Source: Vicinamibacterales bacterium
GTDB lineage: Bacteria > Acidobacteriota > Vicinamibacteria > Vicinamibacterales > UBA2999
Direction: 5' to 3'
NCBI GenBank assembly: GCA_041394705.1
Contig: JAWKHS010000005.1
Location: 107,374-171,373 of the forward strand
DNA: 64,000 nucleotides
Shown here: one piece after another, positions 1-9,327 of the stretch
How positions within the stretch are numbered: the stretch's first letter is position 1
How the letters are laid out: each line of letters opens with the position of its first letter
Program-made: the position numbers and the translations under genes
The notes under the pieces: model-generated
Databases searched by the model: none
Told to the model about the DNA's origin: nothing
The model's input: only the letters and a program-made list of their open reading frames with translations

Positions 1-339
1 GCCGGGGTCCCCCGCCTCGTCGGCGAAGGGAATGGCGTCGGTCGGTTCGAACACGAGCGTGAAGTCGCCCACTTTCAGGACGTCGTTCGGCGCGAGCCGC
101 TCGGGATCCGAGCCCAGGCGCCGCCCGTTCAGGAACGTGCCGTTGCGGCTGCCCAGATCCTCGACGGTGACCGTCGCGCCGGAGCGGACGAAGCGGGCGT
201 GGCGCCGGGAGATGCGGGCGTCGTCCAGGATCAGGCCGGCCTGGGCACGGCCCAGGGTCGTCTCGCCTTCCGGAAGCGCGTGGGACGCGAGACGCCCGTC
301 CAGGGCCTGGACGCGGACGATCGGAGACTGGCGGCGCAT
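1..339 (-). CDS. FHA domain-containing protein, N-terminal part (ORF continues past the left window edge)
   Basis: Reverse-strand ATG at 339-337. My own translation reads MRRQSPIVRVQALDGRLASHALPEGETTLGRAQAGLILDDARISRRHARFVRSGATVTVEDLGSRNGTFLNGRRLGSDPERL... This carries the FHA signature (G-R ... S-R-x-H-A ... D-L-G-S-x-N-G-T-x-x-N-G). It is absent from the ORF track because no stop codon lies inside the window. Confidence 0.8.
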   Translation of the reverse strand, partial: MRRQSPIVRVQALDGRLASHALPEGETTLGRAQAGLILDDARISRRHARFVRSGATVTVEDLGSRNGTFLNGRRLGSDPERLAPNDVLKVGDFTLVFEPTDAIPFADEAGDPG

Positions 340-350
340 CGGGCGGAACG

Positions 351-1829
351 TCAGCGGAGCTTGGAGTGCCGCATCCCGTAGGCCCCGTAGACGAGCAGGC
401 CCAGCACGAGCCACACGCCGAAGCGCTCCCAGGCAGGGGCCGGCAGTCCGGCCATCACGAACACACAGGCGAGCGCGCCCAGCGGCGCGACGACCCAGAC
501 CAGGGGAACGCGGAACGGCCGCGGCCGTTCGGGCTCCAGCACGCGGAGCACGAGCACGCCGATCGAGACGAGGGTGAAGGCGAAGAGCGTGCCGATGTTC
601 GTCAGGTCGTAGGTTTCGGCGGCGTCGCCGATGGCCGCCGCCAGCGCCACGACCACGCCCGTCACGAGCGTCGTGGTGGCCGGCACGCCCGTGCGCGGGC
701 TCACGCGGGAGGCCCACGCCGGCAGGAGGCCGTCACGGGCCATCGCGAAGAAGATCCGCGGCTGGCCGTACTGGAACACCAGCAGCACCGCCGTCATGGA
801 CACGGCCGCGCCGAGTGCGACGATCCAGCCGACGGTGCTGTAGCCGGCGATCTCGAGCGCGCGGGCCAGAGGGTCCGCCACGGCCAGTTGCTGGTACGGC
901 ACCATGCCGGTCAGCACGGCGCCGACGATGACGTAAATCAGCGTGCAGATCGCCAGCCCGCCGAGGATGCCGATGGGCAGGTTGCGCTGCGGGTTGATGG
1001 TCTCCTCGGCCGCCGTCGAGATGGCGTCGAAGCCGATGTAGGCGAAGAAGACGATCGCCGCCCCCTGGTGAATGCCCGTGAACCCGTTGGGGGCGAACGG
1101 CTGGTAGTTCGCGGGGTTGATGCTCCGGAGCCCGACGGCGATGAACAGCCCCAGGGCCAGCAGCTTCACGACCACCATCACGTTGTTGGCGCTGGCGCTC
1201 TCCCTCGCACCGCGCAGGAGGAGCCACGTGATGAAGGCCACGATCAGGAACGCGGGGAGGTTCAGGAGGATGGGCACGCCGAGCAGATGCGGGGCCGAGC
1301 CGATGAGGGCGTGCACGTCGGGATTCGAGCTGAGCGCGGCCGTCCGGTAGCCCGTGGTGAGCCAGACCGGCAACTCCAGGCCGAAGCCGCGCAGGAGCGT
1401 GGTGAAGTAGTCGCCCCACGAGATGGCCACGGCCACGTTGCCGACGGCGTATTCGAGGATGAGGTCCCACCCGATGATCCAGGCGACGAACTCCCCCAGC
1501 GTGGCGTACGCATAGGCGTAGGCGCTGCCGGCCTGCGGGATCATGGCCGCCAGTTCCGCGTAGCAGAGCGCCGCGAGCGCGCACGCACCGCCGAGCAGGA
1601 GGAACGAGAACACGAGCGCCGGGCCCGCGCCGTACCGGATGATCGCGCCGCTCGGATCCGTCTGGCCGGCGGCCGCCGTGCCAATCGCGCCGAAGATCCC
1701 GGCGCCGATGACGGCGCCGATAGCCAGCATCACGAGGTCCCCGGCGCCCAGCACGCGGCGCAGCGACTCGGCGCCGCCTTCGTGGGCGGTCAGTGCGGCG
1801 ATGGGTTTGCGTCGGAGCAGGGATGCCAT
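351..1829 (-). CDS. APC-superfamily amino acid permease
   Basis: 492-aa ORF with about 12 hydrophobic segments. The N-terminal LGAGDLVMLAIGAVIGAGIFG motif is typical of amino-acid/polyamine/organocation permeases. The overlapping ORFs 366..1856(+) and 733..2316(-) are Arg/Gly/His/Pro-rich artefacts. Confidence 0.9.
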   Translation of the reverse strand: MASLLRRKPIAALTAHEGGAESLRRVLGAGDLVMLAIGAVIGAGIFGAIGTAAAGQTDPSGAIIRYGAGPALVFSFLLLGGACALAALCYAELAAMIPQAGSAYAYAYATLGEFVAWIIGWDLILEYAVGNVAVAISWGDYFTTLLRGFGLELPVWLTTGYRTAALSSNPDVHALIGSAPHLLGVPILLNLPAFLIVAFITWLLLRGARESASANNVMVVVKLLALGLFIAVGLRSINPANYQPFAPNGFTGIHQGAAIVFFAYIGFDAISTAAEETINPQRNLPIGILGGLAICTLIYVIVGAVLTGMVPYQQLAVADPLARALEIAGYSTVGWIVALGAAVSMTAVLLVFQYGQPRIFFAMARDGLLPAWASRVSPRTGVPATTTLVTGVVVALAAAIGDAAETYDLTNIGTLFAFTLVSIGVLVLRVLEPERPRPFRVPLVWVVAPLGALACVFVMAGLPAPAWERFGVWLVLGLLVYGAYGMRHSKLR

Positions 1830-1879
1830 CCGATCGGTGGACCGCGGCTAGGTTAGTCGCGCTCGGCTGGCTGGCGCAA

Positions 1880-2938
1880 TCAGGGAATGGCGTCGAACCG
1901 GAACACGGAGTCCGAGGTGGCCGCGATGAGCTCGCCGGCGGGGCCGAACGCGATGCCGACCAGGCCGGGGCCGGCCACCACGGGCCGCCGCGGCGCGCCG
2001 ATCGACACGCGGTGTACGGCCGCCGCCCCGGCCAGCGCGTCCACGACGTGCAGGACGCCGTGCCGGTCGAAGGCGAGCCCCTGGGGACGCCCGAACGCCC
2101 GGTCGATGACCTCACACCGGCCGTCGGCGTCGAAGCGGTAGACGGCGTCGTGCGTCGCCAGCGTGGGTCCGGTGACGTACAGCCGCTCGTCCGGTCCCAT
2201 CGCCAGGTGATAGGCCGCGACGCTCGGGGGGAGGGTGGCGAAGGTCTGCGTGCGCGCGCCGTCGGGCGCCACGCGGTGAATCGTGCCCGTCCGATCCCCC
2301 ACGAAGAGGGTGCCATCGGGCGCGAACGCCAGTCCGCACGCCACGCCGAGCTCGGTGGCGAACGGCTCGGCGCGTCCCTCGGGGCTCACGCGGTAGACGG
2401 CCCCATCGAAGCGGCTCGACACGTGGAGCACGCCGGCCGGCGAGAAGGCCAGGCTCGTCGCGTTGACGATGCCCTCGACGAACGGCTCGCGCCCGCCGTC
2501 GGGACCGATGCGGTAGACCGAGACCGGCACCTGCTGGCCCCGCGGGCCGCTGAAGGCACAATAGAGGCGGCCCTCGCCGTCGAAGGCCGGACTGTCCACG
2601 GTGTGGAGGCCAGTGGCCAAGGGCACGCCGACCGTGACGAACGCCGTGGCCCCGGGGGACCACGCCGCCCGGACCGGCACGGCCCCGGGGTTCCGCAGTA
2701 CGGGCACCTCCACCGCCACGCGGTCCGGGGAAGAGAACAACACGCGAGCGGCCGCGCCGCCGATCGAGACCGCGGCGTCGGCGGCGGTCACGGGAGGCAG
2801 ACCCTTGCCACGCAGCCATAGCCGCGCCCCAGGCAACACGCACGGCGGGTCGATGCCGGTCAGCGTCGGGACGGCGGGAGCCACGGCGCCGATCGTAGCG
2901 CACGCGGATGGGCCTCTGGTACGATCCGCCGATGACAT
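1880..2938 (-). CDS. IPT/TIG domain + NHL/SMP-30-like beta-propeller protein
   Basis: 352-aa ORF. The N-terminal PTLTGIDPPCVLPGARLWLRGKGL...AVEVPV is IPT/TIG-like. It is followed by repeated blades (GLAFSPAGVLHVSS, GLAFAPDGTLFVGD, GLAFDRHGVLHVVD, GIAFGPAGELIAAT) as in NHL/SMP-30/gluconolactonase propellers. An in-frame GTG at 2884 is an alternative start that removes the divergent overlap with the next gene. Confidence 0.75.
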   Translation of the reverse strand: MSSADRTRGPSACATIGAVAPAVPTLTGIDPPCVLPGARLWLRGKGLPPVTAADAAVSIGGAAARVLFSSPDRVAVEVPVLRNPGAVPVRAAWSPGATAFVTVGVPLATGLHTVDSPAFDGEGRLYCAFSGPRGQQVPVSVYRIGPDGGREPFVEGIVNATSLAFSPAGVLHVSSRFDGAVYRVSPEGRAEPFATELGVACGLAFAPDGTLFVGDRTGTIHRVAPDGARTQTFATLPPSVAAYHLAMGPDERLYVTGPTLATHDAVYRFDADGRCEVIDRAFGRPQGLAFDRHGVLHVVDALAGAAAVHRVSIGAPRRPVVAGPGLVGIAFGPAGELIAATSDSVFRFDAIP

Positions 2939-3639
2939 GCCCCGGCTGCGGCCAGGAGATGGCGGCGCTGTCCCTGGCCGGCCATTACGGGCGAACCATC
3001 GCCATCGACGTCTGCCACGGCTGCAACCACGTCTGGTTCGATGCCCAGGAGGACCTGCACCTCGCGCCCGGTGGGGTGCTGGCGCTGTTCGAAGACATGG
3101 GCCGGGCCGCGCAGGAGGCGCGGACCGTCGTGGCGGCGCGCAAGCCGTGCCCGCGATGCGGCTCGGGCCTCCTGCGGACGCGCGATCGCATCAAGACGAC
3201 GCCCTACGAATACTTCCGGTGCACGCAGGGCCACGGGCGCTTCATGGGCTTCGGCGCGTTCCTTCGGGCCCGCCGCTTCGTCCGGGACCTGGATGCCGCC
3301 GAAGTATCGCGCCTGCGCGCTGACGCCCGCGTCATCAAGTGCGTGAACTGCGGCGCCTCGACCGACATCACCGTGGAATCGGTGTGCCAGTACTGCCGGG
3401 CGCCGATCGCGGTGCTCGACGCCGACCAGCTCTCGAAGACGCTGGCCGACCTCGAGGCGGCAGAGGCCGCACGGGGCAAGGTCGATCCATCGTGGCCGCT
3501 CAAGGCCGCGCAGGTGCGGCGTGAAACCGAGGCCGCCTTCGCCGCACTGCAGGGCGGCCGCGGTACGACGCCCCACCTGGACCTCATCGAGGCCGGCCTG
3601 GCCTTGTTCGCAAACGTCATCAGCGCCCTTCGTCGCTAG
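2932..3639 (+). CDS. zinc-ribbon (zf-TFIIB-type, CxxC...CxxC) domain protein
   Basis: The track ORF is 2908..3639. I prefer the ATG at 2932 (MTCPGCGQEM...), because zinc-ribbon proteins usually begin at the first CxxC and TGGTACGAT sits 6 nt upstream. Three CxxC pairs are present: CPGCG...CHGCN, CPRCG...RCTQGH, CVNCG...CQYC. Confidence 0.7.
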   Translation: MTCPGCGQEMAALSLAGHYGRTIAIDVCHGCNHVWFDAQEDLHLAPGGVLALFEDMGRAAQEARTVVAARKPCPRCGSGLLRTRDRIKTTPYEYFRCTQGHGRFMGFGAFLRARRFVRDLDAAEVSRLRADARVIKCVNCGASTDITVESVCQYCRAPIAVLDADQLSKTLADLEAAEAARGKVDPSWPLKAAQVRRETEAAFAALQGGRGTTPHLDLIEAGLALFANVISALRR

Positions 3640-3667
3640 TGTTCCGAACCGAAGTTCGGTGACAAGT

Positions 3668-3690
3668 GATCCGGGCGCGGCGCCCGGATC
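3668..3690. terminator. GC-rich palindromic hairpin between convergent genes (possible bidirectional terminator, no U-tract)
   Basis: GATCCGGGCGC-G-GCGCCCGGATC has perfect 11-nt arms. It lies in the 173-nt spacer between the zinc-ribbon gene (+) and the HNH gene (-). Two weaker 6-bp hairpins flank it. Confidence 0.35.
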
Positions 3691-3812
3691 GCCAGGCACG
3701 ACGACCGAACATACGGTGAGTATTCGAGCGAGAAGCAACGCCGCGAGGCGGGATGCCCCGCCCGGAGCATGTCAGCGAACGTCGGTTGCGGGACACGAGG
3801 TCCGGGCGGCGC

Positions 3813-4349
3813 TCAGCTGTCGTCGTCGAGCTCGAGGTTCCAGTAGAGATAGTCGCGCCAGCTGTCGGGCGTCCGCCTGAGCCCGATCGTGATGCGGAGC
3901 GCCGGGGCCGTGTCGGGACGCCGCGGCGGTCGGACGAGGTGCATCCCAGCTTCTGCCGGAGTCCGGCCGCCCTTGCGCCGGTTGCAGGCGACACAGCAGG
4001 TGACGATGTTCTCCCAGTCCTTGCGGCCCCCCTGCGAGACCGGAATCACGTGGTCGAACGTGAGGTCCTGGGTGGAATGGTGCCGGTTGCAGTACTGGCA
4101 GGTGTGCTGGTCACGCGCGTAGATGTTCGCGCGTGAGAAGGGCACGTAGTCGAATCGCTTCTTGATCCGCACGTAGCGGAGCAGCCTGATCACCGACGGC
4201 AGGCGCAAGCTGAACGACACCGCGCGGATCTCGCGGTCGTGCGACGCGATGATCTCTACTTTCCCCTGGCACCAGAGCGTGACGGCCTTCTGCCAATGGA
4301 CGACCTTCAGCGGCTCGTAGGTGGCGTTCAGGAGGAGCGTCTGCTCCAT
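3813..4349 (-). CDS. HNH endonuclease
   Basis: 178-aa ORF with the HNH/zinc motif CQYCNRH...LTFDHVIPVSQGG...WENIVTCCVACNRRKG. Confidence 0.9.
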   Translation of the reverse strand: MEQTLLLNATYEPLKVVHWQKAVTLWCQGKVEIIASHDREIRAVSFSLRLPSVIRLLRYVRIKKRFDYVPFSRANIYARDQHTCQYCNRHHSTQDLTFDHVIPVSQGGRKDWENIVTCCVACNRRKGGRTPAEAGMHLVRPPRRPDTAPALRITIGLRRTPDSWRDYLYWNLELDDDS

Positions 4350-4363
4350 GGGTCGTGACGCTC

Positions 4364-4392
4364 ATTGTGGACAGCCCCGCACGGCGTGTCAA
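4364..4392 (-). promoter_or_regulatory. sigma-70-type promoter of the HNH gene: TTGACA - 17 nt - CACAAT
   Basis: The reverse strand reads TTGACA CGCCGTGCGGGGCTGTC CACAAT, followed by 14 nt and then the ATG at 4349. The -35 is perfect, the spacer is 17 nt, and the -10 matches 4 of 6 positions. Confidence 0.55.
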
Positions 4393-4490
4393 GGTTCGCG
4401 CCCCGTAAAGGACTGTCAACCAAGGGCTTAGCGGACGCTCTGTTCGGACGGTGCACACAACCGCACCGTCGGCCGATACTCTGGGAGCAC

Positions 4491-5006
4491 GTGCGAGCCC
4501 TCGTCCCCGTCGTCCTCACCGCCGCCTTGTCCGCGGCCTGCGCCTCGGGCCGCGCCGTCCCGCGTCCCGGACCGGCGGGCGCGGTCGGCCCTCCCGCCGG
4601 GGAGGTCACGCCGGAGGCCTCGTCGCCGGGCGTCGCGCTCGGCCATCGGCTCGTGGCCGACGCGCTGGAGCTTCGCGGAACGCCCTACCGCAACGGCGGC
4701 ACGGACCCGCGCACCGGCTTCGACTGCAGCGGGCTGGTCAGCTACGTGTTCAGCCGCCGCGGCCTGGCGGTGCCCCGGCAGACCAGCGCCCAGTTCAAGG
4801 CGGGCGAAGCGGTCCCGCGCGACAGGCTCCAGCCGGGCGACCTCGTGTTCTTCTCCACCGTCGCGCCCGGCGCGTCTCACGTCGGCATCGCGATCGACGA
4901 GGACGAGTTCGTCCACGCGCCCAGCAGCCGGGGCGTGGTCCGCGTGGAACGCCTCACCCTGCCCTATTGGCGGACGCGGTTCATCGGCGCCCGCCGGATC
5001 CGCTGA
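4491..5006 (+). CDS. NlpC/P60 (C40) family peptidoglycan peptidase, lipoprotein
   Basis: The track ORF is 4365..5006. I place the start at the in-frame GTG at 4491, giving VRALVPVVLTAALSAACASG, a signal peptide with a lipobox. C40 catalytic motifs are present: GFDCSGLVSYVF ... GDLVFF ... SHVGIAI ... FVHAP. Confidence 0.85.
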   Translation: MRALVPVVLTAALSAACASGRAVPRPGPAGAVGPPAGEVTPEASSPGVALGHRLVADALELRGTPYRNGGTDPRTGFDCSGLVSYVFSRRGLAVPRQTSAQFKAGEAVPRDRLQPGDLVFFSTVAPGASHVGIAIDEDEFVHAPSSRGVVRVERLTLPYWRTRFIGARRIR

Positions 5007-5024
5007 TCGCGGCGCCCTCCGCCC

Positions 5025-5732
5025 TCAGCCGGCGGGCGGGTCGGCGGCGCCCATCCGGCCGAGGATGATTTGCTGCCGCCGGAGGAGGCGCCGCGTCGGC
5101 CTCGCGGGGTTGTGCACGCGGGGATTGATGATGGCGCCCGCCATCAGCGCCGCCTCGGCCGGCCCGAGATCGGCCGCCGACTTCCCGAAATACGCGCGGG
5201 CCGCCGCCTCGCACCCGAAGATGCCATCGCCCCATTCGATCGAGTTCAGGTAGATCTCGAAGATGCGCCGCTTGGACAACGCCGCCTCGAGCCGCCGCGT
5301 GATGATGAGCTCGATCAGCTTGCGGGTCGGATTGCGCGACGGCGACAGGTACAAGTTCTTCGCCAGCTGCTGCGTGATCGTGCTGGCGCCGCGCAGGGCC
5401 ACGCCGTCCTCGAGGCTCGATTCGATCGATTCCCGCAGCTGCTGGTAGTCCACGCCTTCGTGCTGGAAGAACGCGCTGTCCTCCGCCACCAGGACCGCCC
5501 GCTTCAGCTGCGTCGAGATCCGTCCGTAGGGCACCCACCGGCGCCGCAGGGTGAACGTCCTGCCGTCGCGCCGGGCCTCGTCGCGCCGCAACTCGATGAA
5601 CGCGGTGGTGTCGGGATTCTGCGAGACGAGGACGCGCACGTCGGGCAGGGTGAGATAGACGTACGCAATGTAGGCGAACGCGACGCCGAGGGCGCCGGCG
5701 ACCCAGCGGGGCCATCGGGAGCTGCGCGCCAT
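5025..5732 (-). CDS. mtgA: monofunctional biosynthetic peptidoglycan transglycosylase (GT51)
   Basis: 235-aa ORF with an N-terminal membrane anchor. GT51 motifs are present: EDSAFFQHEGVD, GASTITQQLAKN, RKLIELIITRRLE, KRRIFEIYLNSIEWG. TATAAT lies 8 nt upstream of the ATG. Confidence 0.9.
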   Translation of the reverse strand: MARSSRWPRWVAGALGVAFAYIAYVYLTLPDVRVLVSQNPDTTAFIELRRDEARRDGRTFTLRRRWVPYGRISTQLKRAVLVAEDSAFFQHEGVDYQQLRESIESSLEDGVALRGASTITQQLAKNLYLSPSRNPTRKLIELIITRRLEAALSKRRIFEIYLNSIEWGDGIFGCEAAARAYFGKSAADLGPAEAALMAGAIINPRVHNPARPTRRLLRRQQIILGRMGAADPPAG

Positions 5733-5789
5733 TCCCGGGGATTATAGGGCGCGCTCGCCTCCGGAGGCGCCTGCCGCCGCGCGCCAGCG

Positions 5790-7259
5790 TCAGCCAGCGA
5801 CGACGATCTTCAGGCGCGTGCCGGCGGGAGGCTGGACGTTCACGGCGAATCCGTTCATGAGCGCCAGCCGCGACGCGGACACCAGGCCCTGTCCCGCGCG
5901 CTGGGCGATCGACTGCCAGGAGTCGTCGGCCCGCGACGTGTAGAGCGCGATCTCGTTGGGCCGGATGTTGGAGGCCTCGCGGGTCGACAGCTCGCGGAAC
6001 GACCGGAGGGCCGCGTCGAACTCGGCGTCGACGCTCGGGAACTCGGCCTCGGGCGCGACGCCCGCCACCATGTACACCTGGCGCCCGACGGGCAGGTGGG
6101 CGGCGCGCAGGCGGACCTTGCCGATCTCGCGGGCCTTGCCGTGATAGAGCCCGACGAACGCGTCGATCCCGTTCACCTGCTCGACGCCGCCGCTGTCGAG
6201 CGTGAAGCCCAGCCCGCGCATGTGCCGCCTGGCCCCGTCGGCGAGGGATGGGCCGCGTGCCGCGTCCGCCGCCCGCAGCACCATCAGCACCGTGCCGCCG
6301 TCGGGTTCGGCGATGACCTGGTCGCTGGTGTTCTGGACCGTCCAGGCCTCCGGGAAGTCGATGGCGATGCGGAGATCGGGGTGCAGGAAGCGGTGTCCGC
6401 GCACGACCCCTTCCGCCGGGTTGTCGCCATACGCCATCCCCGCCACGTGCTGCAGAAAGTCATCCCGGTTGCGCGCGCGTTCGCCGCCGTCGGCCGCCGC
6501 CGCGACCGGAGTGGCCTTCGCCACGCGGGAGCCAGGATCTGGATGGGTCGACAGCCAGTTCGGGATGCCTCGCTCGCTGAGGGCGTCGAGCCGAGACAGG
6601 GTGGCCAGGAAGCGCGGCACGGCGTTCGGATCCCAGCCGGCCTTCGCTGCATACTCGACGCCGAGCCGATCCGACTCGAGCTCGTCGTCGCGGCCGTATT
6701 TCAGGAAGAGCGTTCCCAGCCCCATCGAGGCCACGTCGCGGAACGGCGCGACGCCGGGAATGAAGATGCTGGCCAGGAGCACGCCGAGCGACCCGCCCGC
6801 GGAGCGCGTGTACTGCTGCGAGGCGTGGCGCGCCGTGACATGCCCCACTTCGTGCCCGAGGACGCCCGCCAGCTCGGACTCGTCGCCCAGATGCGCCAGC
6901 AACCCGCGTGTGACGTACACGTAGCCCCCAGGCAGGGCGAACGCGTTCACCACGGGGACGTCCACCACGGTGAACGTCCAGGGCAGCGTGGGACGGTGTG
7001 AGACGGCGGCGATCCGTTCGCCCACGCCGCTGACGTAGCGCTGCAGCGCCTCGTCGTGGTAGACGCCCATCTCCCGACGGATCTCCGCGTCGCCCTGCCT
7101 GCCGAGGGCGATCTCCTCGGCCTCGCTGATGAGCGTCACCTCGCGGCGCCCGGTGACGGGATTGGAGGCGCAGGCCGACGCGACCAGCACGGGGAGCACC
7201 AGCCAGGCGAGCCGTCCGCGGCGCCACGCAGCGGAGGAGATGCGAGTCGTTCGGACCAT
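5790..7259 (-). CDS. M48 family zinc metalloprotease lipoprotein with C-terminal LysM-like domain
   Basis: The track ORF runs 5790..7358. The internal ATG at 7259 gives MVRTTRISSAAWRRGRLAWLVLPVLVASACASNP (lipobox) and has GGAG 9 nt upstream. The HEVGHV zinc motif is present. The C-terminus (YTSRADDSWQSIAQRAG...LALMNGF...GTRLKIV) resembles LysM. Confidence 0.85.
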   Translation of the reverse strand: MVRTTRISSAAWRRGRLAWLVLPVLVASACASNPVTGRREVTLISEAEEIALGRQGDAEIRREMGVYHDEALQRYVSGVGERIAAVSHRPTLPWTFTVVDVPVVNAFALPGGYVYVTRGLLAHLGDESELAGVLGHEVGHVTARHASQQYTRSAGGSLGVLLASIFIPGVAPFRDVASMGLGTLFLKYGRDDELESDRLGVEYAAKAGWDPNAVPRFLATLSRLDALSERGIPNWLSTHPDPGSRVAKATPVAAAADGGERARNRDDFLQHVAGMAYGDNPAEGVVRGHRFLHPDLRIAIDFPEAWTVQNTSDQVIAEPDGGTVLMVLRAADAARGPSLADGARRHMRGLGFTLDSGGVEQVNGIDAFVGLYHGKAREIGKVRLRAAHLPVGRQVYMVAGVAPEAEFPSVDAEFDAALRSFRELSTREASNIRPNEIALYTSRADDSWQSIAQRAGQGLVSASRLALMNGFAVNVQPPAGTRLKIVVAG

Positions 7260-7446
7260 CAGGTGCGTCTCCGCGGGCCGAAGCGCCGCTGCTGAACGGC
7301 GGCCCGTCGGCGGGCCGAAGTGCAACTGCCGTACCACGGCGCGCTTCCGCGCGCGCACTTTGCGGGCGCACGTGACGTGCGCCGCGGCCCTGCCGCGCGC
7401 CGGCAGCGGCGGGTCGCAAGGCGACAGTCGATGTCGCCAGGAGCGG

Positions 7447-8373
7447 TCAGGTCGTCGCGGGATCCGCGTCCATCGACGCCGGCTCGACCAGGGGCACGCC
7501 CAGGTCGGTGAGCATCCGGCGCAGTTGTCCGATCACCGACGGCGGCGTGGGCCCGAGTGGCGCGCGCGGCAGTCCGCCGTCGTAGCCCATCAGGTCGAGC
7601 GCCGCCTTGAGAGCGGGCACGCCGTGCAAGCCTCCGATGGTGCGGGCCAGCGGCGTCAGCGTGCGCTGCAGGGCACGCGCCTCGAGGAACCGGCCCGCGC
7701 GCACGTGGTCGAGGAGGTCCGCACACAGGTCGGGCACGAGGCCGGCCAGCGCCAGGATCGCGCCATGGGCGCCGGCGGCGAGGCCGGTGAAGTACGTGAC
7801 GCCGCTGCCCGCCAGCACGAAGAACTCGGGGCCCGAGCGCGAGATGTAGTCCGCCAGCAGCGACGCATCGCTGCCGGATTCCTTCATGCCCACGATGTTC
7901 GGATGCTCGGCCAGCAGGCCGACCGCGTCCGGTGGCAGGGTCACGCCCGTGTACATCGACACGTTGTAGAGCAGCACGGGCACGGGGCTGGCCTCGGCGA
8001 CGGCCACGTAGTGGCGCACGAAGACGTCGGCCGTCATCATGTTCTTGAAGAACGAGGGCGTCCGGACGAGCACGGCGTCGGCGCCGGCGCGGGCCGCGCG
8101 CAGCGTCGCGGCGATGGTGGCCTTGGTGGACTCGGCCCCCGTGCCGGCGATGAGGGGCCGCGTGGACGGCATGGCCGACCGCGCGGCGGCGATGACTCGC
8201 TCGGCTTCGGAGTCGTCGAGCATCACCGCTTCGCCGTTGGATCCCAGCACGACGAGGCCCGTGAGCCGCGTCTGCATGTACCGCTCGACGTTGCGGTGCA
8301 GGGCCGCATCGTCGACGGTGTCGTGGTTGAACGGCGTGACGATGGGCGTGTACAGACCAGCGAGCGGAGACAT
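7447..8373 (-). CDS. dihydrodipicolinate synthase/N-acetylneuraminate lyase (DapA) family enzyme
   Basis: 308-aa ORF. Motifs: TPIVTPF, VLGSNGE, LYNVSMYTG, and the Schiff-base lysine context IVGMKESG. It starts 9 nt after the stop of the upstream ABC permease gene. The exact substrate cannot be called from sequence. Confidence 0.85.
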   Translation of the reverse strand: MSPLAGLYTPIVTPFNHDTVDDAALHRNVERYMQTRLTGLVVLGSNGEAVMLDDSEAERVIAAARSAMPSTRPLIAGTGAESTKATIAATLRAARAGADAVLVRTPSFFKNMMTADVFVRHYVAVAEASPVPVLLYNVSMYTGVTLPPDAVGLLAEHPNIVGMKESGSDASLLADYISRSGPEFFVLAGSGVTYFTGLAAGAHGAILALAGLVPDLCADLLDHVRAGRFLEARALQRTLTPLARTIGGLHGVPALKAALDLMGYDGGLPRAPLGPTPPSVIGQLRRMLTDLGVPLVEPASMDADPATT

Positions 8374-8382
8374 GCCCCGAGT

Positions 8383-9327
8383 CTATCGCGGTTGCGCGGC
8401 CTCGGCGGCGCTCGGCGAGGTGCGGCCGAGCAGGACGTTCGTGGCCAGGACGACGAGGAAGATCGCGAGGGCCGGCGCGAGCATCCAGGGCGCCCGGGCG
8501 AGCGCCGAGACGTTCGCGGCCTCGCTGAGGGCCGTACCCCAGCTGGGAATCGTCTCGGGGAAGCCGAGCCCGACATACGAGAGCGTGGCCTCGGTCAGGA
8601 CGAAGCTGGGCACGAGCAGCGCGGTCTGCACACCCAGGAAGCCGCCGCAGGCCGGCAGCAGGTGCCGGGTCACGATTCGCCACCGTGACGCGCCGAGCGC
8701 CCGGGCCGCCTGGACGTACTCCTCGCGCACCTCCGCCCGCACGATGGACCACACGCCACGCGCGACACGAGGCCATCCCAGCAGCACGAGGATCGCCGCC
8801 AGCGCGACGACGACTGTCGAGGTCGGCAGCACGAGCGGCAGGGCCGCCCGAAGGGCCACCACCGCGTAGAGGGCGGGGATCACGATCAGCACGTCGCCGA
8901 ACCGGAGGATGCCCTGCTCGACGACGCCGCCCGCGAGTCCCGCCCAGGCCCCGGCGAGCGCTCCGACGACCAGCGTGACGGCCGTCGCCAGCAAGGCGAG
9001 CCCGAGCGACGCCCTCGCGCCGTGAAGTACGCGGGAGAGGACGTCGCGACCGAAGCCGTCGGCGCCCAGCAACAGGACGGGCGGCGATCCCGCCGGCGCG
9101 GACCAGGGCAGCGCCGCGCGCCGCGCGGTGTCGACGTCGAAGCGCTGTTCGAGCCGGTCGACCAGCACGAGCGGATGCGCGTAGAAGCCGCCGCCGTCCA
9201 TGTGGACGCGCATCGGGGGCGCGTAGAGATAGTCGTCGAAGCGCTGGACGGGTCCGTACGGCGCGGCGAACGGGCCGAAGAGCGCGACGGCCGCCAGGGA
9301 CGCGACCAGCCAGCCCGCCCGATTCAT
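8383..9327 (-). CDS. ABC transporter permease (peptide/nickel, DppC/OppC-like)
   Basis: The real start is the internal ATG at 9327 (MNRAGWLVASLAAVALFGPF...). It overlaps the stop of the upstream permease by 4 nt (ATGA). The typical GADGFGRDVLSR motif and the EAA-like loop ARALGASRWRIVTRHLLP are present. The remaining 316 N-terminal codons of track ORF 8383..10275 are an Arg/Gly/Ala-rich artefact. Confidence 0.9.
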   Translation of the reverse strand: MNRAGWLVASLAAVALFGPFAAPYGPVQRFDDYLYAPPMRVHMDGGGFYAHPLVLVDRLEQRFDVDTARRAALPWSAPAGSPPVLLLGADGFGRDVLSRVLHGARASLGLALLATAVTLVVGALAGAWAGLAGGVVEQGILRFGDVLIVIPALYAVVALRAALPLVLPTSTVVVALAAILVLLGWPRVARGVWSIVRAEVREEYVQAARALGASRWRIVTRHLLPACGGFLGVQTALLVPSFVLTEATLSYVGLGFPETIPSWGTALSEAANVSALARAPWMLAPALAIFLVVLATNVLLGRTSPSAAEAAQPR

